A stretch of DNA of 30,875 bases. Source: Candidatus Bathyarchaeia archaeon (GTDB lineage: Archaea; Thermoproteota; Bathyarchaeia; Bathyarchaeales; Bathycorpusculaceae). Made by a program: the position numbers and the translations under genes. Of the stretch, positions 25,021-30,875 are shown piece by piece (the stretch's first letter is position 1; every line of letters begins with the position of its first letter). The notes below the pieces were generated by a model. The model made no database searches, was not told where the DNA came from, and worked only from the letters and a program-made list of their open reading frames with translations. The DNA is taken from contig JBEKKX010000029.1 in the NCBI GenBank assembly GCA_050010515.1, forward strand, positions 1 through 30,875, in the 5' to 3' direction.

Positions 25021-25128
25021 ATGAGAAAAATACCTTTATTCATCAAAGCTTGTTTACTTTTGCTTGTGATGTTGGAGCTTTATTTTTATCTGATTTTTGG
25101 AGAAACATTAGGAGATAAACTTCGATGA
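25021..25128 (+). CDS. 35-aa single-TM peptide MRKIPLFIKACLLLLVMLELYFYLIFGETLGDKLR
   Basis: AGGTGA RBS; abuts the TMP stop; ATGA overlap with the next gene. Confidence 0.55.
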   Translation: MRKIPLFIKACLLLLVMLELYFYLIFGETLGDKLR

Positions 25129-25520
25129 GTTGGCAGATAACGCAAGGATCTACAACAATTACGTTGCCTTATGCTCCGCAGACTAATACGGATGAAGCGC
25201 CCACCGTCGATGATTCTTCAATCAACATTCCTGAAGTAGGAACCACTCTTATCTCTGTCTGCAATGACGTGCGGACTTTAACGATGGAAGGCTTTTTCTA
25301 TATTGCAGGATCCAGCAAAACTGCAATCGACAACACTTACGTTATTCCCCTACTAGGCATGCTGCATGGCTTAGTTGTGTTAAGCACTCCGCGGCCCAGC
25401 CTCAACGCTACCTGGAAGTTTGATAAAGCAACTTTCACAGAAACCAAAGATTACGCTGCGCAGTCAGCAATCAAATTTACTCTTGTTTTCAAGTTTGCAG
25501 CAAACTACGTGGTGCTCTAA
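25125..25520 (+). CDS. putative distal tail (Dit-like) protein
   Basis: 131-aa beta-rich protein directly after the TMP. Confidence 0.55.
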   Translation: MSWQITQGSTTITLPYAPQTNTDEAPTVDDSSINIPEVGTTLISVCNDVRTLTMEGFFYIAGSSKTAIDNTYVIPLLGMLHGLVVLSTPRPSLNATWKFDKATFTETKDYAAQSAIKFTLVFKFAANYVVL

Positions 25521-28352
25521 GTGACCAGTTGGACAATACAATACTATAATGGTTCAGCATGGGTAACTAAAACTGACGCAGTAATCGATCAGATAATTGA
25601 TGAAGTCAATGGTCAATTAGGAACTGCTGGCCAACAAGAATTCGATTTCATCATACCGAATACGCCAGCGAACTTAACTTTTGTTGAAAGTGATCAGCAA
25701 GTTCAAATTCTCTGGGGCAGCACAAGCGTCTTTTCAGGATTACTACGAGCTTATAAAGCAAAATTCCTGAATATTTCATGTACAGTTTATAACAACGTTT
25801 TTGAATTGATGAAAAAGCAGAGTATAACAGGCAAATACAGTAATGTAGCTGCAAACACGGTCTTCGCGGCTATTTGTGCGGTCTGCGGCATGACCGCGGG
25901 ATCTTGCCCCTCAACAGTTATTAGCACGCAGTTCAACGCAACTGACTGTTATACGGCAGCGCTTAATGTCGCCAACATTTTAGGCCTCAACTTATTCAAT
26001 TCAGGCAGCACCATAAATATTGCAGTAAAAGGCAATCAAATTCCTACAGCCATAACAATTGACACGGAAAGTGAAGTAGACATAGATCGGAGTAAAGCAG
26101 GGTATGATGGGGTAATTATCCGCGGTGTTGATCAAGCTGGAAACGCAATCACGGGTTCTGCCGGGAACACTGGATCTGGCTATAGTGTTAAAACTTTAAC
26201 TAATAAAATTGCTATGAGCCAAGCAACGCTAAATAGCCTTGCAACAGAGTACTTGCAGAGTCTCCAGCAGACGAATAGCGGTTCTCCCCTGGTATGCGAT
26301 ATCGCTCAAGCGGCACTACTCAATAGTGGCGACTTAGTTACTGTAACAAACGGTGCAGCCTTCGGGCTTTCTGGAAACTATGAAACTTGTAAGATAACGA
26401 AAACTTTAGTGAAGGCAACTATTGAAATTGTGCATTCAGTTAGCGACTTCAGCAACTTAGTTGACGCCATGGCTTCTTCAACAACTGCACTAAGCACTTT
26501 GCCCGTTAGCAGCGATCAAACGCAAGGCGCAAGTGTCAGCATGCAGAGCCTCTTAGGCTTTTATCATCTTGGCGAAGGCAGCGGTACAGTAGCAATAGAT
26601 CAAAGCCCAAATGCAAATAACGGTGCGATAGGCTCAGGAAACACTTGGATACCTGGACCAGAGACAGAAGTTTTAATGTTTAACGGAAACGGCTCCTACG
26701 TTGACATATCAAACAATATAATTGATTTTAGCGGCTTATCTAAATTTTCATTTACTTGCTGGTTCTCGCCGACGTCGGCAGCTGCGCAATATTTGGTGTA
26801 TAAGGCTAATCAGTTTTACGTGGAAGTATTAGCTAACGGCAGCATCGTTTTCGGCTTATATATCGGCGGCGCCTGGGTAACGTTGACGGCGTCAGCAGGA
26901 TCCGCACCGCTAAATGGGCGTTTATTTGTTGCTTGCATTTATGACGGAACAAACATGTACATGTACCTTAATGGGCCTGTTCTGGTGCAGCAGGCTCAAA
27001 CAGGTGCAATCGGTAGCAGTACGAGTGACACGTATATAGGTGCACAAAGCGCTTCTGCAGGAGGCTTCACTGGAGTTGAGTCTGAAGTTATGTTTTTTGC
27101 GCGTGTCCTCGGTGCAGCAGAGGTGTATTCGCTTTACTTTTTTCCCCTTATTAGCTACGTAAATGTGCCTGCTACAGTTACCGTAAGTAACGGTGAATTA
27201 TTCTTAACTTATGCGACGAACATCAAAGCAAAATATGCGGTAAACCTGAACTATTTGCTGGATAACTGCATTTTAAATGACATAGTTATCGTTTCTTCAC
27301 CTACGGGAACAATGAACTGCTACGAAGCCGGCTACGCAATATTAGCAATGTTGCAGTATGGCGGTTCAGCATACTATACTCAAGTTCAAAACATTTTAGA
27401 CTTGTGGGTTTCGCTACAAAATTCTGACGGTAGTTGGTATCAACAGTATAATCCCTATTCGCCTTATGCTGTTGTTACTGAAACTTCAGAGGGCACAGAT
27501 GGAAACTTAAAGGTTGATTCCGGTGCAGCTCTGCTTGCCTGGGCGATGAGCAACTATGATCGATTAACAAGCGGAACGCGATACAAGGCAAATGTGCAGC
27601 TTGCGCTTGATTTTCTGCGTGCACTACAGTATGCTCATACTGTGGCTTACTCATCGAATCTTATCGCAAACGAAATCCTTGACGGAACCACTGATACGAC
27701 AGCTTTGCTTGCAGACTGCGGCGAATGCTTACTTTCAGCGAAATTCGCCATGGACGCTTACGGCAGCACTCTATTAACAACTTCAGGTTATAGCGTTCAA
27801 ACCTTCGCCAACAACCTGTACTATAGCATAGCCGTTACCGGATGGCGCGGTAGCGCTGCTCAATATTATGATACGTCTTATCCTTACGGGCAAAACACTA
27901 ATGTACCCTTCACATACGAAGAAAAAATCAGCTACACGCAAGCACTTTGCAGCTGGGCAGTCTACGTATTCGCAAAGAGCGCTTTCCAAACAGTAGGCGA
28001 TTATAGCAGTCAATGCGAAATCTGCCTAAGCTATATCAATACGTTAACTCGTGGTTCATGGGGCGGCGAATACTACTGTCCCTATACCGGTGCTACTGGC
28101 CAAACACAAAACGAATACTCCGGGTACGCGGCATTGATGGCTATAGCCTGCCAAACCGTAGGCAGCACCACATACACATCATTGATTACGGGATTAATCG
28201 CTTTTATCAAATGGTTAACGCTAAACGGCGGACAAGTATGCGACATGGTCGATGTAACTGGAAGAGTATGGCGAAGCCAAATAGGAACCACAGAAGACGG
28301 ATTCTTAGTTTTGCCTATTGCGTTAGCCTTGCTTGCAGGTGCGGGAACCTAA
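25521..28352 (+). CDS. tail tip/hub protein (Tal-like) with LamG domain and C-terminal (alpha/alpha) barrel, glycoside hydrolase-like
   Basis: N-terminal hub-like region; YHLGEGSGTVAIDQS...FNG...FSFTCW...YDGTNMYMYLNG LamG motif; LQNSDGSWY helical-barrel repeat. Confidence 0.75.
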   Translation: MTSWTIQYYNGSAWVTKTDAVIDQIIDEVNGQLGTAGQQEFDFIIPNTPANLTFVESDQQVQILWGSTSVFSGLLRAYKAKFLNISCTVYNNVFELMKKQSITGKYSNVAANTVFAAICAVCGMTAGSCPSTVISTQFNATDCYTAALNVANILGLNLFNSGSTINIAVKGNQIPTAITIDTESEVDIDRSKAGYDGVIIRGVDQAGNAITGSAGNTGSGYSVKTLTNKIAMSQATLNSLATEYLQSLQQTNSGSPLVCDIAQAALLNSGDLVTVTNGAAFGLSGNYETCKITKTLVKATIEIVHSVSDFSNLVDAMASSTTALSTLPVSSDQTQGASVSMQSLLGFYHLGEGSGTVAIDQSPNANNGAIGSGNTWIPGPETEVLMFNGNGSYVDISNNIIDFSGLSKFSFTCWFSPTSAAAQYLVYKANQFYVEVLANGSIVFGLYIGGAWVTLTASAGSAPLNGRLFVACIYDGTNMYMYLNGPVLVQQAQTGAIGSSTSDTYIGAQSASAGGFTGVESEVMFFARVLGAAEVYSLYFFPLISYVNVPATVTVSNGELFLTYATNIKAKYAVNLNYLLDNCILNDIVIVSSPTGTMNCYEAGYAILAMLQYGGSAYYTQVQNILDLWVSLQNSDGSWYQQYNPYSPYAVVTETSEGTDGNLKVDSGAALLAWAMSNYDRLTSGTRYKANVQLALDFLRALQYAHTVAYSSNLIANEILDGTTDTTALLADCGECLLSAKFAMDAYGSTLLTTSGYSVQTFANNLYYSIAVTGWRGSAAQYYDTSYPYGQNTNVPFTYEEKISYTQALCSWAVYVFAKSAFQTVGDYSSQCEICLSYINTLTRGSWGGEYYCPYTGATGQTQNEYSGYAALMAIACQTVGSTTYTSLITGLIAFIKWLTLNGGQVCDMVDVTGRVWRSQIGTTEDGFLVLPIALALLAGAGT

Positions 28353-28408
28353 ACGCCAGTTGTCACGAGTGCAATTTCATGGTAAACGATAGTGAAAGGT
28401 GAAAAGGT

Positions 28409-28825
28409 TTGGAACAAAAAAATTTGAAGAAGCAGCTTGAATCTCTTTGTGTAGGTGACTTGATCTGTGTGGAATGGTGCGATGCTAGCACTGGCAAGAG
28501 CCTGGGCAGTGGGGCATCTATTGATGTGCCTGTTAAGAGCTGGGGTGTTTACGTAGGTTTATTCGGGAACAAAACTAAGCATGTTGTTATTGCGCAGAAC
28601 AGTTTTCGTTATGCCGACGGTGTCTTTGACTTGGATTATACGGCTATTCCTCTTAGTTGGGCTGTGGGCGTGTCAGTGCTGGTTAAAGAGCACATTCCCA
28701 GAGAAGCGGCTGGCAAGCTTGTTAACAGCTTCTTGCTGGGCGGGCACCGTACGCTTAGTCGCACGCGAACTTTTCAGCGCCGTATGTTTCAGCAGAGGTT
28801 AAGCGTGGATGGCAGGCCTGATTAA
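28409..28825 (+). CDS. hypothetical protein
   Basis: GDLICVEWCDAS...SWGVYVG; AGGTGA RBS. Confidence 0.75.
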   Translation: MEQKNLKKQLESLCVGDLICVEWCDASTGKSLGSGASIDVPVKSWGVYVGLFGNKTKHVVIAQNSFRYADGVFDLDYTAIPLSWAVGVSVLVKEHIPREAAGKLVNSFLLGGHRTLSRTRTFQRRMFQQRLSVDGRPD

Positions 28826-29051
28826 GCGTGCTTTGACGCGCAGGCGTTTTCAACGTGGGCATTTCATAGATGAGGAGCCTGACGAGACGCTTGTGTATGT
28901 AGTAAAGTTTGGTATGGGTATGACTGCTTGTTTTTCAGCGCTTGAAATCGCTAACATGGCATTTCTGCATAGTTGGAATAGCGAAGTTTTCAGCGCCATT
29001 ACCGGCTTAACCGGGATAGTTGTTGGTGTTTTTGTTGGGCGCAAAACGTAG
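28809..29051 (+). CDS. small two-TM membrane protein (holin candidate)
   Basis: two hydrophobic segments, basic termini, after the tail genes. Confidence 0.6.
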   Translation: MAGLIKRALTRRRFQRGHFIDEEPDETLVYVVKFGMGMTACFSALEIANMAFLHSWNSEVFSAITGLTGIVVGVFVGRKT

Positions 29052-29148
29052 AGTAACCAAAATAATTCGCTGTTTTTTCGCATAGTTTAGTGAGTGTATG
29101 TAGCTTTTTTTGGCATTTTAGATTCATGGTCAGTGGAGACTACGCAAA

Positions 29149-30687
29149 ATGAGAAAAGAAAAATCCGACTTAACTCGTATCCGAAAGAAACTGGCAGAAC
29201 GCAGGGTTAATGGTGAGTGCCGAATCGCGAGAAGGCACGAGGAGTTTTTCCGTATCAGACAGTTCCGGAGAGTCTATGATAGGGATGTGGGCAAGTTCAC
29301 ATTCAACATAAGCTACGAGACCCACACTAAACCAACTCCAAGAAGCCTTGTTGTCGCAGAGGCTTTTGGCTTAGGCATTGACGAAACACAGAAGTTCACA
29401 GTGCTGAATACTGAATTAAAAATAAGCCCAACAGATATCGTCCTAGTGACTGGGGACAGCGGCAGCGGAAAATCAGTCCTACTGCGAGCAATCAGGACAG
29501 ACCTTGGCGATGAAGCCATCGACTTATCGGATATTCAAGTTGATTCTGAGAAGCCATTAATCGAAACTGTCGGCGCAACTGTTGAGGAAGGGCTTGAACT
29601 TCTAAGCAAGGTCGGACTTAACGATGCCTTCCTATTTTTGCGGTCGTATAGTCAATTGAGTGATGGGCAGAAGTTCAGGTACAAAATCGCAAAATTGGTC
29701 GAGTCTGGGAAAAGCTGGTGGATGGTTGATGAGTTTTGCGCTTGCTTGGATAGAGATACAGCGAAGATTATCGCTTTTAACCTGCAGAAAATCGCGCGTC
29801 AACAAGGAAAGGCGGTGATTGCTGCAACCACGCATGGTGACTTGTTTGAGGACCTAAACCCCAGCGTGCATGTGCATAAGCGGTTTGGAGAAGAAATCCA
29901 AATAAAATACTTCTCGAATGAAGCAGCAGCTGAATGCAGTTTAATCCGAGAAATGAGAGTTGAACAGGGAAGCAAAGCGGATTGGTTTAAACTCTGCGTT
30001 TTCCATTATCGTGGTCATAGGTTTGCTGTTTCTCGCAGGATTTTCCGGTTAGTCAGAGGTGACGAGCTTTGCGGCGTAATCGTTTATAGTTATCCTCCGC
30101 CCGCCTGCTACGGAAGGCGACTAGTGCTACCGCGAATGTCAATCCGAGAAATGAACAAGCAACTAAGTATCATCAGCCGAGTGGTTATCCATCCAAAATA
30201 CCGAACAATAGGCTTAGGCGCCAAACTAATCCATGAAACCCTTCCTCTAGTAGGCACGCCCTATGTTGAGATGATTGCAGTCATGGCGAAATATAACCCG
30301 TTTGCAGAAAAGGCAGGAATGCAAAAAATAGCTGAACAACAAAAGGTTGAAAGCGTTTCAGAAGTCTCTAAAGTACTCTTAAAGTTGGGTTTTGACTTGC
30401 AACTCTTAGGCAGTGAACGCTATGTCAAGGGAAGACTTGAGAGCTTGAACTTGGAACAAATAAATGAGCTTAAAGCTGCATTCATAAGGAATAAACATCC
30501 GCGGTTCAAGAAGGAGTTTGCAGTTAGTCGACATCAACCATTCGGCAAAACATCGGACTACATTGCCTGCATTGAGAAGGCAGACCATGTAAAAATGGCA
30601 AAGCTAGTCAAGCTTGTTGGAATGCTTCTTCAAACAAAAGTTTATCTGTTTTGGCAAGCTCAAAATGAAGCAATCGCCTATTCTTAA
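29149..30687 (+). CDS. ABC-type ATPase fused to GNAT acetyltransferase (COG2401-like)
   Basis: GDSGSGKS, LSDGQK, VDEF, ATTH; FHYRGH and ISRVVIHPKYRTIGLG GNAT motif A. Confidence 0.9.
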   Translation: MRKEKSDLTRIRKKLAERRVNGECRIARRHEEFFRIRQFRRVYDRDVGKFTFNISYETHTKPTPRSLVVAEAFGLGIDETQKFTVLNTELKISPTDIVLVTGDSGSGKSVLLRAIRTDLGDEAIDLSDIQVDSEKPLIETVGATVEEGLELLSKVGLNDAFLFLRSYSQLSDGQKFRYKIAKLVESGKSWWMVDEFCACLDRDTAKIIAFNLQKIARQQGKAVIAATTHGDLFEDLNPSVHVHKRFGEEIQIKYFSNEAAAECSLIREMRVEQGSKADWFKLCVFHYRGHRFAVSRRIFRLVRGDELCGVIVYSYPPPACYGRRLVLPRMSIREMNKQLSIISRVVIHPKYRTIGLGAKLIHETLPLVGTPYVEMIAVMAKYNPFAEKAGMQKIAEQQKVESVSEVSKVLLKLGFDLQLLGSERYVKGRLESLNLEQINELKAAFIRNKHPRFKKEFAVSRHQPFGKTSDYIACIEKADHVKMAKLVKLVGMLLQTKVYLFWQAQNEAIAYS

Positions 30688-30745
30688 AAAAAAATTAAGC
30701 TGAAAGGGAACCTTCTTCTCAGTCTTTCTTTCGGCATTTAACTTC

Positions 30746-30790
30746 TTCGGCGGGAAGTCTCCATCCTTTAGTGTGGGGATGAAAGCCGAA
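30746..30790. repeat. stem-loop resembling an archaeal IS200/IS605-family end
   Basis: TTCGGC...GCCGAA outer stem enclosing GTCTCCAT-cctttagt-GTGGGGAT. Confidence 0.45.
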
Positions 30791-30875
30791 AAACATATAT
30801 TTTGTTTGGTTGAGTTGTTTCGTCGTTAGACCGCAATTCCCAGACTGGGTGGCTTATCGCCTATAAGAGATCAGT

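Larger units (their letters stand above)
7330..30687 (+). mobile_element. archaeal tailed-virus (siphovirus-type) morphogenesis cluster: provirus, remnant or GTA-like element; boundaries uncertain
   Basis: canonical order TerL-portal-protease-MCP-neck-tail tube-chaperone-TMP-tip; no sheath gene; no integrase or replication genes in the window. Confidence 0.92.

Noticed and set aside
28013-28402. 129-aa alternative-frame ORF and other short overlapping/antisense ORFs in the structural genes
   Set aside because: Overlap well-supported genes; no RBS or motifs
29149-29230. N-terminal 25 aa of the ABC-GNAT gene as a formerly separate ORF (internal GGTGA near 29212)
   Set aside because: No start codon follows the internal RBS-like motif; cannot be supported without homologue alignment
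1-30875. tRNA, rRNA, integrase, tail sheath, endolysin genes
   Set aside because: Looked for by eye and not found; a divergent example could have been missed

Overview
Archaeal DNA: it has an HMf-type histone, TATA/BRE-style promoters, GAGGTGA-type RBSs and oligo-T terminators. The protein styles suggest Bathyarchaeia, but that assignment is tentative. About 7.3-30.7 kb is a near-complete, co-oriented siphovirus-type (Caudoviricetes) morphogenesis cluster: TerS candidate, TerL, portal, mini MuF-like protein, prohead protease/scaffold, cement, HK97 MCP, fibre-like proteins, adaptor, tail completion, tail tube, frameshifted tail chaperone, tape measure, Dit-like, and a Tal-LamG-(alpha/alpha) barrel tip protein. 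It ends in an ABC-ATPase/GNAT fusion. No integrase, replication gene or flanking att site is visible in the window, so it is a provirus, a decayed provirus or a GTA-like element. The most striking signal is a 28-nt insertion (15988-16015) in a virion structural gene. It folds into a relaxed bulge-helix-bulge motif whose predicted tRNA-splicing-endonuclease cut sites remove exactly the insertion and restore a plausible C-terminus, i.e. a candidate BHB mRNA intron in a viral gene. The left 7 kb is a mosaic. A histone plus a divergent 18-aa Lys-rich micropeptide sit between 58-bp direct repeats that split a PH-domain-like gene, next to a PolX gene scrap. Then come an AT-rich HEAT-repeat/PD-(D/E)XK two-gene operon, a surface protein, and a divergent RHH/wHTH regulator pair. 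All family assignments are from motif recognition by eye, not database searches.
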